Assembly: GCA_049604715.1 (NCBI GenBank) | Contig: JBMYTV010000004.1 | Span: 22,535-86,534 of the forward strand | Source of the DNA: Patescibacteria group bacterium | Lineage (GTDB): Bacteria > Patescibacteriota > Patescibacteriia > S139-126 > S139-133 | Length of the DNA stretch: 64,000 nucleotides | Direction: 5' to 3' | Shown: positions 19,169-27,229 of the stretch, piece by piece | Layout: the number at the start of each line of letters is the position of its first letter | Position numbering within the stretch: position 1 is the first letter of the stretch | Notes under the pieces: generated by a model | Seen by the model: the letters and a program-made list of their open reading frames with translations, nothing else | Told to the model about the DNA's origin: nothing | Database searches by the model: none | Translations under genes and position numbers: made by a program

Positions 19169-19723
19169 ATGTCTGAGCAAGTATCGGCAGCAGTAGAAGC
19201 ACTTTTGTTTGTTGCAGGCAAACCAATGAGTGTGAATCAGATAGCCAAGACTTTGTCTTTGAAACAGGCTGAAGTTGATGATGCTTTAAAAGAGCTACAT
19301 GATCGATATGAGCAAAGTCAGTCTGGATTGCAGCTTGTATTTACTGAAAAGAATGTACAATTATATGCGGCAGCTAAGCAACATGAGGCAGTTGAGTCAT
19401 ATATAGAGCAAGAAGAACATTCAGAATTGACAAAGCCGCAGCTTGAGACGCTTGCTATTATTGCTTACCGAGGCCCTGTCATAAAAGAAGAGCTTGAGTA
19501 TATTCGCGGTGTAAATTGTACCATCATTTTACGCAACCTTATGCTTCGAGGTCTTGTGACAGAACAACAAACTCAAGACGGGCTATTGTACGAAGTTTCG
19601 GGTGATTTTTTGGCACACCTTGGAATTGCTGCTGTAGAAGAATTGCCAGAGTATAGCTCGCTTCATGAGCATGAGCGTTTGGCTGATGTTATGGAAGAGA
19701 AAGAAGAAGTAACAACATCATAA
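19169..19723 (+). CDS. scpB: segregation and condensation protein B
   Basis: VEALLFVAGKPMS..., LETLAIIAYRGPVIKEELEYIRGV winged-helix repeats. Confidence 0.8.
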   Translation: MSEQVSAAVEALLFVAGKPMSVNQIAKTLSLKQAEVDDALKELHDRYEQSQSGLQLVFTEKNVQLYAAAKQHEAVESYIEQEEHSELTKPQLETLAIIAYRGPVIKEELEYIRGVNCTIILRNLMLRGLVTEQQTQDGLLYEVSGDFLAHLGIAAVEELPEYSSLHEHERLADVMEEKEEVTTS

Positions 19724-19726
19724 GCT

Positions 19727-20653
19727 ATGCCGCTTTTAAATGTTATCATTCCTATATTATTCTCGCTTGTACCAGTTTTTCAGACTGATGCCCTGGCATT
19801 TGGTAGTAGTGAAGTTGATGTATTGTCAGATGCATCAGTCGCTGGTGTCGAGGAGATCATAGAGCCACAAGTTGAGCGAGTGTATCAAACTCGAAGTGTA
19901 GGTGTTGAGGTTACGGCTCCTAGTAGTATTGTTCTTGATAGTGTCAGCGGAACAGTACTGTGGTCTGAGGATGAAGATACAAAGCGTTCTATAGCAAGCC
20001 TTACCAAGCTTATTACTGCAGCAGTGTTATTTGCAGAGCCTCGTGATATGGATGATGTTTTAACATTAACTGGCGCTGACCTCAGGCCAGAGGGTGGAAA
20101 TCGACATATTTACCTTGGTGAGCAAATCACAGTAGAGGAGGCATTGCATGCAATGCTTATTGCTTCGGATAATGAGGCAACTGTAGCGCTAGTGCGTCAT
20201 TTTGGATATACAGAGGAGACTTTTCAGCAGGCTGTGCAAAGTTGGCTTGAAACGCATTATTTATATGCAACTACTATTATTGAGCCAACAGGATTGCATG
20301 CGCTTAATGTCTCTACTGCACGTGAGATCGCTCTCATCACAGAGCTTGTGTTTCAAAATCCACGTTTAGCTGATATAGCAGAGAAGTCTTCATTTTCATT
20401 TGTTACACAAAATACTGGCAGGACTATTAAGCTCAATTCTACAAATATTTTACTTGATTCTGACTATAGGATACGTATGGGTAAGACAGGATACACTGAT
20501 GAGGCGGGTGGTTGTTTTGTTACAAGAGCCCAAACACCTGAGGGTCATGAAGTTATTAGTGTTGTTCTTGGATCTGCGTCACGGTCAGAAAGGTTTTTAG
20601 ATACTAAAGCTATTTTGTACTGGGTGTATGAAAATTACCGCTGGAATTATTAA
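19727..20653 (+). CDS. D-alanyl-D-alanine carboxypeptidase (S11 penicillin-binding protein family)
   Basis: Signal peptide; SxxK (SLTK), SxN (SDN), KTG (GKTGYT) motifs. Confidence 0.8.
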   Translation: MPLLNVIIPILFSLVPVFQTDALAFGSSEVDVLSDASVAGVEEIIEPQVERVYQTRSVGVEVTAPSSIVLDSVSGTVLWSEDEDTKRSIASLTKLITAAVLFAEPRDMDDVLTLTGADLRPEGGNRHIYLGEQITVEEALHAMLIASDNEATVALVRHFGYTEETFQQAVQSWLETHYLYATTIIEPTGLHALNVSTAREIALITELVFQNPRLADIAEKSSFSFVTQNTGRTIKLNSTNILLDSDYRIRMGKTGYTDEAGGCFVTRAQTPEGHEVISVVLGSASRSERFLDTKAILYWVYENYRWNY

Positions 20654-20662
20654 TATAATTTT

Positions 20663-21421
20663 ATGAAAAAGTATTTTATAGCAAATTGGAAAATGAATCT
20701 GTTGAAAGATCAGCAAGCTGATTTAGTAAATCATATTCGATCGCTTACTTTTTCAAAAGATGATGTGTCAGTTATTGTATGTCCTTCATATCCAAATATA
20801 CCAGCTGCAGCTGAAATGCTTAAAAGCACCGCGATAGAGTTAGGTGCCCAGGACGTATCATGGGAAGCAGAAGGTGCTATGACCGGTGAGGTGTCAGCAG
20901 AAATGCTTAAGAGTTTTGGTGTTGAGTATGTGGTGATTGGTCATTCAGAGCGTCGTCATAAAATGAATGAGGACAATGATATGGTGCACAAAAAGATTGC
21001 AACTGCAATTGCAAGTGGCCTTACACCTATTTTGTGTGTAGGTGAGACATTTGATCAGCGCAAACAGGGCATTACTGATACTGTACTTATTGAACAGATA
21101 CAGACTGCGTTTGCAGGCATTACACTTCGCTCTCATCAAACATGCATTGTTGCGTACGAGCCAGTATGGGTTATTGGCACAGGTCAGGCGGTAGATCCAA
21201 AGGAGGCCTTTCATAGCGTGGCTGTGCTAAGGGAGACGCTGCATGATGTGTTGCATGAGACAGAAGCTAATCATTTGGATATTCCTATATTGTATGGTGG
21301 TAGTGTGCATGCTGATAATGTAAAGGATTTTTTAAAAGATGATATAAAGGGCGTGCTTGTAGGTGGTGCTAGTCTCAAAGAGGATGAATTTGCGGCCATG
21401 GTTAAGGCGCTGCATGATTAA
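20663..21421 (+). CDS. tpiA: triosephosphate isomerase
   Basis: IANWKMN, VVIGHSERR, ILCVGE, AYEPVWVIGTG, ILYGGSV. Confidence 0.9.
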   Translation: MKKYFIANWKMNLLKDQQADLVNHIRSLTFSKDDVSVIVCPSYPNIPAAAEMLKSTAIELGAQDVSWEAEGAMTGEVSAEMLKSFGVEYVVIGHSERRHKMNEDNDMVHKKIATAIASGLTPILCVGETFDQRKQGITDTVLIEQIQTAFAGITLRSHQTCIVAYEPVWVIGTGQAVDPKEAFHSVAVLRETLHDVLHETEANHLDIPILYGGSVHADNVKDFLKDDIKGVLVGGASLKEDEFAAMVKALHD

Positions 21422-21490
21422 AACTTGCGGCTAGACTTTTTTACTAAGGTGCGGTATATATAACAGACGGGTTGTACTAACAAGATTTTT

Positions 21491-22378
21491 ATGGTCTGGT
21501 ATGAAATATTATTGTTAGCATTAGTGGCAGCATCAATTGTTGCTGTTTTTGTTGTGTACATGCGGCATTTACCAAAAATAGCTGCTATAAATGTGCGCGA
21601 GATGAGTGATGAGAAGCAACGGCAGGTAAAGGCTATTATGGCTGAGCAGCGATTAGCTCGTAAGCTTCGTAAATACATACGCCAAGGTTTGTCAGTATTT
21701 AAACCAGTTGCGTCATTATTAAAGACAGTTACAAGCTCATGGAAAGCAAAGATTCAGGATATTGAAGAGCGTTATAAGATCGAGCGCATGAACGTCAAAT
21801 CAGTTACAGAGCGTGGTCAAGAATCTCTACAGCAAAAGATTGCGCAACTACTCAAAAAAGCTGAAGGATATGCACATGCAACTGAGTATGCTCAGGCAGA
21901 GGAAGTCTATATATCAATTATTAAACTTGATCCACAGTCTATTGATGCTTATGAAGGATTAGGTGAAGTGTATGCTGAACAAAAGAAATATAATGAAAGT
22001 CTTGAAGTTTATGGATATATGTTGAAATTACTTCAGGATACAGACATAGCACAGCAGCATTTATCAGCTCTATTAGAGCTAAAAGATGATGATTCTTCAG
22101 AGGTTTCAGCTGTAATTAGAGCAACCAAGGCACGTATTACCTTTGAAATGGCTATGATCAATAAAGAACTAGAATTTTTTGATACTGCAGTAAATTTACT
22201 ACAGGATGTGCTAAGCTTAGAGGAGTCAAATCCCAAATACCTTGACGCTTTGCTTGATATCAGTATAATAAAAAAAGACAAAAAATTAGCTAATGAAGTC
22301 TTTCTTAAGCTAAAAACTGTCAATCCAGAGAACAAGAAAATCAATGATTTTGAAGAGCAGATTGCTGCTCTTAAATAA
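21491..22378 (+). CDS. membrane-anchored TPR-like repeat protein, hypothetical
   Basis: N-terminal TM (ILLLALVAASIVAVFVVY) then helical repeats with TPR-like AYEGLGEVYAEQKKYNESLEVY. Confidence 0.45.
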   Translation: MVWYEILLLALVAASIVAVFVVYMRHLPKIAAINVREMSDEKQRQVKAIMAEQRLARKLRKYIRQGLSVFKPVASLLKTVTSSWKAKIQDIEERYKIERMNVKSVTERGQESLQQKIAQLLKKAEGYAHATEYAQAEEVYISIIKLDPQSIDAYEGLGEVYAEQKKYNESLEVYGYMLKLLQDTDIAQQHLSALLELKDDDSSEVSAVIRATKARITFEMAMINKELEFFDTAVNLLQDVLSLEESNPKYLDALLDISIIKKDKKLANEVFLKLKTVNPENKKINDFEEQIAALK

Positions 22379-22476
22379 GTGTTGCCGTTGTAGCTTCCGC
22401 CCAAGGCGGACCACCCGTAGGGTGGCAGATGTAATGGTAAGTAAGTACAATTACAATACAATCAAAAAAGCAACAC

Positions 22477-22552
22477 GCCGTTGTAGCTCAGTTGGTAGAG
22501 CGCATCCATGGTAAGGATGAGGTCTCGGGTTCAAACCCCGACAACGGCTCCA
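22477..22552 (+). tRNA. tRNA-Thr (anticodon GGU)
   Basis: Cloverleaf folded by hand: acceptor GCCGTTG/CAACGGC, D-arm GCTC/GAGC, anticodon arm CATCC-ATGGTAA-GGATG, T-arm TCGGG-TTCAAAC-CCCGA, CCA encoded. Confidence 0.8.
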
Positions 22553-22556
22553 TTGG

Positions 22557-22642
22557 GGGTCGGTACCGAAGCGGTCAAACGGGGCAGACTGTAAATCTGC
22601 TGGCATACGCCTTCGTAGGTTCGAATCCTGCCCGGCCCACCA
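22557..22642 (+). tRNA. tRNA-Tyr (anticodon GUA), long variable arm
   Basis: Acceptor GGGTCGG/CCGGCCC (one G.U), anticodon arm GCAGA-CTGTAAA-TCTGC, long variable arm, T-loop TTCGAAT, CCA encoded. Confidence 0.75.
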
Positions 22643-22655
22643 TACCAAATATACT

Positions 22656-22731
22656 GCCACCCTAGCTCAGCTGGTAGAGCAACGGTTTTGTAAACCGTAG
22701 GTCATCGGTTCGAATCCGATGGGTGGCTCCA
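22656..22731 (+). tRNA. tRNA-Thr (anticodon UGU)
   Basis: Acceptor GCCACCC/GGGTGGC, anticodon arm ACGGT-TTTGTAA-ACCGT, T-arm ATCGG-TTCGAAT-CCGAT, CCA encoded. Confidence 0.8.
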
Positions 22732-22765
22732 CTTTCCCTTGCAATTTATAGTTAATCTAAGTGTT

Positions 22766-22951
22766 ATGTCACAAGACAACTTGATAAAGCTTGTATCTGA
22801 AGGTGATGATCAGGGCCGTGGGAAAGGTCATGTCATTCATACATTTAAGAACAAGAAGAATCGTGAACCACTTCGTATCAAAAAGCACAACCCTGAAGCA
22901 GGTGAAGAAGGTAAGGGTGCGCACACATGGTACAAAGAAGTTAAAAAATAA
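22766..22951 (+). CDS. rpmG: ribosomal protein L33-like, Cys-less (non-zinc) form
   Basis: HTFKNKKNREPLRIKKHNPEAGEEGKGAHTWYKEVKK matches the L33 pattern; no Cys pairs; start taken at the internal Met (MSQDN...). Confidence 0.45.
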   Translation: MSQDNLIKLVSEGDDQGRGKGHVIHTFKNKKNREPLRIKKHNPEAGEEGKGAHTWYKEVKK

Positions 22952-23349
22952 TGAATTATCGGCTTTTATTACTCATTGTATTAAGCGCCAGTGTATTATC
23001 TGGTTGCTTTAGTCTTGATAGTCTTGATAAGACAGTGATTGAAAAGAATAAAGAGTTATCAGAAAAAGCAGAGGAGCACGTCGGTGATGACATAGAGGCA
23101 GGTAAGGAGAGGATAAAAGAATATACCAAGCAGCAAATTGCAGGTATTGCTGAATCACTGACTGAGACGGCAAAGAATGAGATAGAGAACTGGCTTTTAG
23201 AAAATAGTCTTAATCAGTATGGTGATGCTGAAGGTACGATGTATACTGGCGGCACACCACTCTTTGATGAGGCTACTGGTGCGTCGCAAGATCGGTTTGA
23301 ATATATCTTAGAAAAGCACCCAGAGCTTATTGAGCAACTTGGATTATAA
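22951..23349 (+). CDS. lipoprotein, hypothetical
   Basis: Signal peptide with lipobox LSGC; acidic 132-aa protein. Confidence 0.5.
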   Translation: MNYRLLLLIVLSASVLSGCFSLDSLDKTVIEKNKELSEKAEEHVGDDIEAGKERIKEYTKQQIAGIAESLTETAKNEIENWLLENSLNQYGDAEGTMYTGGTPLFDEATGASQDRFEYILEKHPELIEQLGL

Positions 23350-23377
23350 ATACATGGGAGCGCCTGTAAAATGGCTA

Positions 23378-23405
23378 CATGTCACTCATGAGTGACAGCA
23401 CATAG
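23378..23405. repeat. small palindromic insertion 1, flanked by a TA duplication
   Basis: Core TGTCACTCATGAGTGACA is a perfect 18-nt palindrome; it interrupts GGCTA|TCACC relative to tRNA-Trp. Confidence 0.4.
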
Positions 23406-23420
23406 TATCACCACGGTCTC

Positions 23421-23444
23421 ACATGTCAGTCGTGACTGACATGT
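23421..23444. repeat. small palindromic insertion 2, flanked by a GTCTC duplication
   Basis: ACATGTCAGTC-GT-GACTGACATGT, an 11-bp-arm hairpin; it interrupts GGTCTC|CAAA relative to tRNA-Trp; shares CATGTCA...TGACATG with insertion 1. Confidence 0.4.
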
Positions 23445-23476
23445 GTCTCCAAAGCTAATTAAATGAGGAGGGGAAT

Positions 23477-23728
23477 ATGTTTTATGTATACGTATTGAAA
23501 GTAGAGGGAATCGCGAATAAAAGATACTATATAGGTTATACTGCAAATTTACAGCGTCGAGTAAGTGAACATCAAAAAGGGTTGGTAAAAACAACCAAAA
23601 ATAAAAAACCGCAACTGGTTTATTATGAAGCGTATAGCAATAAGTACTTAGCACTACGGCGTGAAAAAGGTTTGAAATCAAGCGGTTCAGTAAAAATGGC
23701 GCTTTATAAAAGATTAAAATTAGAATAG
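23477..23728 (+). CDS. small GIY-YIG nuclease-domain protein
   Basis: YVYVLKV...YYIGYTANLQRRVSEHQKG GIY-YIG motif; GGAGG RBS 7 nt upstream. Confidence 0.75.
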   Translation: MFYVYVLKVEGIANKRYYIGYTANLQRRVSEHQKGLVKTTKNKKPQLVYYEAYSNKYLALRREKGLKSSGSVKMALYKRLKLE

Positions 23729-23740
23729 TAAGTATATTAT

Positions 23741-23815
23741 GGGGGTGTAGTGAAATGGCTATCACCACGGTCTCCAAAACCGTTATTCTAGGTTCGAGTC
23801 CTAGCACCCCTGCCA
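23741..23815 (+). tRNA. tRNA-Trp (anticodon CCA)
   Basis: Acceptor GGGGGTG/CACCCCT (one G.U), D-arm GTGA/TCAC, anticodon arm ACGGT-CTCCAAA-ACCGT, T-arm CTAGG-TTCGAGT-CCTAG, CCA encoded. Confidence 0.85.
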
Positions 23816-23895
23816 TCAAACTTTTTTATCGAGCAACCGAGAAGGTAGTGGGTCGTGACCTGCTATAGTACTAGACCGAGGTAAAGAAGTTTTTA

Positions 23896-23921
23896 CAAAA
23901 ACACGGGAAACCGTGTTTTTG
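23896..23921 (+). terminator. rho-independent (possibly bidirectional) terminator
   Basis: CAAAAACACGG-GAAA-CCGTGTTTTTG. Confidence 0.55.
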
Positions 23922-23960
23922 TGTTTCTGGGTGATTAGCGATTTGACTAAATAAATACTA

Positions 23961-23989
23961 TTGTATACAATGTATACGTTGTAATACAG
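23961..23989 (+). promoter_or_regulatory. candidate operator/promoter upstream of the RHH regulator gene
   Basis: TTGTATACAATGTATACGTTGTAATACAG: TGTATAC direct repeat with embedded palindrome TGTATACA and -10-like TAATAC; 15 nt upstream of the ATG. Confidence 0.3.
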
Positions 23990-24003
23990 TAAGTCATAAA
24001 CAT

Positions 24004-24363
24004 ATGTCTAAGAAAAAAGTTATCAATACTCGTGTATCTGAAGAGCTATACGATAAAATATCTAAAAAGGCCGAAGAGCATCGTGTCACGGTCTCTAACC
24101 TAGTAAGAAACCTAGTCGAAGACGTTGTTGAGATACATGGCGATCTTTCTGATGTGTTCGACAAAAAATTAAGAAAGACATTGTTTGATAAAGATGAAGA
24201 CAGTATTTTAGGTCATCAAGAAATAACTCTCAATAAAAACACAGATTGCGACGTGTGTGAAAAACAAGTCAAAAAAGGCGCTAAAGCCTTTGTTGAGATT
24301 TACGAACAGTCAAACAGTAAAAGTGTTGTTTGTGAGGCTTGTAAAAAGAAAAGGGTAAAGTAA
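24004..24363 (+). CDS. ribbon-helix-helix (CopG/Arc/MetJ-type) DNA-binding protein with C-terminal Cys4 zinc ribbon
   Basis: INTRVSEELYDKISKKAEEHRVTVSNLVRNLV RHH pattern; CDVCEKQ...CEACKKK. Confidence 0.6.
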   Translation: MSKKKVINTRVSEELYDKISKKAEEHRVTVSNLVRNLVEDVVEIHGDLSDVFDKKLRKTLFDKDEDSILGHQEITLNKNTDCDVCEKQVKKGAKAFVEIYEQSNSKSVVCEACKKKRVK

Positions 24364-24369
24364 AAAAAT

Positions 24370-25752
24370 ATGATAAAAAGATTTTTTATCATTTTGAATA
24401 TTCTAGGCAAATGGTATTGGCGTTCATTCATTAGAATACGCTCTGCTGATGATGTATCTAACCAAAAAAGAGCGCAGACACTTCGTGAATCACTTGAGCA
24501 TCTTGGCTCAGTTTTTGTGAAGTTTGGGCAGCTACTTGCCATGAGACCTGATATACTTTCTCGTGCTTACTGTCGAGAGCTTTTTTATTTACTTGATGAT
24601 GTTCCGCCTTTTTCATCAGAGATTATCAAAAGAACCATAGTAGAAGATTTTGGTAAGAGCCCAGAGTTTTTATTCGAATCATTTGACGAATCGCCAATTG
24701 CAGCAGCTTCCTTTGGTCAAGTCCATACAGCAGTTACTAGAGATAAAGAGAAAGTAGCAGTGAAAGTACAGCGACCCAATATAGAATTTATAGTAGAAAG
24801 AGATATAAAGTTGATGAAAGTTCTGGCACGAGTGATAGATGTGTTTCGAGTTGGGGTGAATAAGTTAGCTCCAATAGTTAAGGAATTTGAGATGTGGACC
24901 AGAGAAGAGCTTGATTATGAAGTTGAAGCAAATTACACACAAAGATTTCATAAGCAGACTTCGAGCGATGGCATTTATGCTCCTAAGGTGTATAAAGACT
25001 TATCATCCAAACGAGTTTTGACGGCTGAATATGTACCAGGAGCTGCTCTTAGTAAAATTTTAATAGCATATAGAGATCAAAACACAAAGACCATGGAACA
25101 GGTTGAGGACTGGGGATTTTCTCGAAAGGATGTGGCTTTCCAGTTGCTTCGCAATTCAACCAAGCAAATTTACCTTGAAGGCTTCTTTCATGCAGATCCC
25201 CATCCAGCAAATATTATCTTTACTCCTGAAAAGAAGCTCGTATACATTGATTTTGGAATTGTAGGGGAGCTTGGTAGGAGGGAGCGGCTAAAATGTCTCC
25301 GTTACACTAGGTCCGCTATGTATGGCGAGGAGGATCACTCTTTCGATGCGTTAGTTGAACTGTGTGATACAAGCAAGGTTAAGGACATGAATAAATTCAA
25401 GGAAGAGCATTCGGAAATAATTAGAAAAACTTTACAGATGTTCAACAAAGCTAAAGAGACAGGAACGTCTCAAATAGTAGGTAAGAAGTTAGTTGCTACA
25501 CTTCAGCTGCTTCAAAAGCATGGCGCTAGAATACAGACCAATACTATGAGATATTTCCGAACGCTACTCGCAGTAGATAGTTTGATTCTTGAGGTATACC
25601 CCGAAATGGAGCTTAAAGATATAGCACGGAGGTTTCGCAATGTCTCCATTGCAAATATAATTCAAGAATTACCAGATCATTTAGACGCCGAGACATTTGA
25701 AAAAGATATTCTTAAATGGTTGAGTATACTTGAAACCGAGTTGATTAAATAG
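24370..25752 (+). CDS. ABC1/UbiB-family atypical protein kinase
   Basis: FGQLLAMRPDIL, AAASFGQVHTA, KVQRP, FFHADPHPANI. Confidence 0.8.
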   Translation: MIKRFFIILNILGKWYWRSFIRIRSADDVSNQKRAQTLRESLEHLGSVFVKFGQLLAMRPDILSRAYCRELFYLLDDVPPFSSEIIKRTIVEDFGKSPEFLFESFDESPIAAASFGQVHTAVTRDKEKVAVKVQRPNIEFIVERDIKLMKVLARVIDVFRVGVNKLAPIVKEFEMWTREELDYEVEANYTQRFHKQTSSDGIYAPKVYKDLSSKRVLTAEYVPGAALSKILIAYRDQNTKTMEQVEDWGFSRKDVAFQLLRNSTKQIYLEGFFHADPHPANIIFTPEKKLVYIDFGIVGELGRRERLKCLRYTRSAMYGEEDHSFDALVELCDTSKVKDMNKFKEEHSEIIRKTLQMFNKAKETGTSQIVGKKLVATLQLLQKHGARIQTNTMRYFRTLLAVDSLILEVYPEMELKDIARRFRNVSIANIIQELPDHLDAETFEKDILKWLSILETELIK

Positions 25753-27031
25753 CGAGTTTAACTTTTCTATCCAACAAGGTTAACCGATTTCTCAGACAAG
25801 AGAGCAGTTCACGCTTCTCGACAATGTTTCCATTTGTAAGAATATATTTTGCATAATTTTTCATATCGGTTTCCTTGCTCAGTTTTGGTTTAGCTTCATC
25901 TAGCCCGAACACACTTTGTCTAAATTTGTAGTACCGTTCCACTTCTTGCTGGAGTTTGTTTTGTATCCCGAGTTTGTCAATAGTGAGTCTATCTATTAGC
26001 TCAAGTATTTGGTTTACCAAATTTTCTTCTCTTATATATAGTGCCTCACACTTCTTATCTCTCGATCTCGTACAGCCATAATATACATACCTATTCTTGG
26101 TTCCGTCTTTACGATACTTAAACTTTTCTTGCGCTGTAATGCCGGATCCACACTTTCCACAAACCATGAGTCTGGTAAAAGCAAACTCTTTGCTACGATA
26201 CTGAAACTCGTGATGTACTTTTATCTGTGCTTGCACTTGATCGAACAGTTCTTTTGAAACTAGAGGAGTATGTATGCCTGTATACCAGTTACCACTTTTT
26301 CTAGGATATTCAAATACTCCGTAGTAGAAGGTGTTTTTGAGTATGATATAGATATTACTGAGTGATAAATGTTTTCCGTTTTTAGTTTTGAAGTTTATTT
26401 CATCTCTGAGCCAGTAAAACAACTTCCTGCCGCTCCATTTTTCGTGTGCTACTTTTTCAAACATTTGCTTGATAATATGCCCTCGTTCCGGGTCTACCAT
26501 CATATGACATTTCCTATCACTACGTTTCTCATTTAGATACCCCGTAGGAGCAACTCCTGGTCGCAAACCCATTTCTGCTTTTGCTTTCATGCCTCTTTTA
26601 ACGTTAAGACCTCTATTATCATTCTCAAGCTTCGCTTGACTACCAAGAATCATCAGTAGAAACTTCTCATTAGGGGAGTTAGTAAATGTTTGCCCGTACG
26701 TTCTGATCTCTAGAAGATGCTTTCTATCCATGAGGTCGACCACAGATCCCAAATCCCCAGCATTACGAGCTAGTCTATCAGGCGCCCATGTCAGTATTCC
26801 GTTGAATTGGCCTTTGCCAATATCTACTAGTAGCTGGTTGTATACTGGTCGCTTACCGGACTCTTTGGCTGAATGTGCCTCTTGTCTTATTTCAACTACA
26901 TTCAGGTTTTCTCGTTTTGCCAGAGTGGTCATTTCCTTGATCTGTGAATCAATGGAAAGGGCTTGTTTTTCATCACTCTCGCTTGATTTACGAGCATACA
27001 AACAGTACTTAATTTGGGGTTGTTCAGTCAT
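25745..27031 (-). CDS. large serine recombinase (integrase/resolvase family)
   Basis: N-terminal catalytic YARKSSESDEKQALSIDSQ, recombinase domain, Cys4 zinc ribbon CGKCGS...YYGC...KKCEA, C-terminal coiled coil; 428 aa; convergent 8-bp overlap with the kinase gene. Confidence 0.85.
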   Translation of the reverse strand: MTEQPQIKYCLYARKSSESDEKQALSIDSQIKEMTTLAKRENLNVVEIRQEAHSAKESGKRPVYNQLLVDIGKGQFNGILTWAPDRLARNAGDLGSVVDLMDRKHLLEIRTYGQTFTNSPNEKFLLMILGSQAKLENDNRGLNVKRGMKAKAEMGLRPGVAPTGYLNEKRSDRKCHMMVDPERGHIIKQMFEKVAHEKWSGRKLFYWLRDEINFKTKNGKHLSLSNIYIILKNTFYYGVFEYPRKSGNWYTGIHTPLVSKELFDQVQAQIKVHHEFQYRSKEFAFTRLMVCGKCGSGITAQEKFKYRKDGTKNRYVYYGCTRSRDKKCEALYIREENLVNQILELIDRLTIDKLGIQNKLQQEVERYYKFRQSVFGLDEAKPKLSKETDMKNYAKYILTNGNIVEKRELLSCLRNRLTLLDRKVKLAI

Positions 27032-27102
27032 ACTATTTTGGTTAGTTATTAATTTCTAACCACATTGATGACGCAACCCTGCTAGTGAGTCCAGGATACT
27101 TG

Positions 27103-27122
27103 AGTCGATAAACTGTTGGTAA
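27103..27122. repeat. 20-bp direct repeat, copy A (AGTCGATAAACTGTTGGTAA)
   Basis: 19/20 identical to 37704-37723; lies 72 bp upstream of the recombinase start. Confidence 0.5.
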
Positions 27123-27172
27123 GTTTTAAGCCTTGATGTGGGTTATCAATCTGTCCCTTGTAACTATTTCAT

Positions 27173-27201
27173 TCGACAAATAGCATTGTTTTGACTATAA
27201 T
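27173..27201 (+). promoter_or_regulatory. sigma70-like promoter candidate
   Basis: TCGACA, 17-nt spacer, TATAAT; 28 nt upstream of the 27230 ATG. Confidence 0.4.
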
Positions 27202-27229
27202 GTTAAACAACTCATCAAAGTAGAAATAT

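Larger units (their letters stand above)
23356..23452 (+). pseudogene. degenerate partial copy of the tRNA-Trp 5' half (acceptor through anticodon loop), interrupted by two small palindromic insertions
   Basis: AAATGGCTA, TATCACCACGGTCTC and GTCTCCAAAG are identical and collinear with the intact tRNA-Trp at 23741; similarity ends just 3' of the anticodon loop. Confidence 0.4.

Noticed and set aside
22451-22660. 69-aa minus-strand ORF
   Set aside because: Lies entirely antisense to three well-formed tRNA genes; a chance ORF.
23356-23815. Group I intron-containing tRNA-Trp (5' exon, intron with GIY-YIG ORF, 3' exon)
   Set aside because: The downstream tRNA-Trp is complete and uninterrupted from acceptor 5' end to CCA. 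The upstream piece is therefore an extra partial copy, not a 5' exon of the same gene. An ancestral intron or homing event remains possible.
23382-23819. 145-aa minus-strand ORF
   Set aside because: Antisense to the tRNA-Trp fragment, the GIY-YIG gene and tRNA-Trp; no RBS; spurious.
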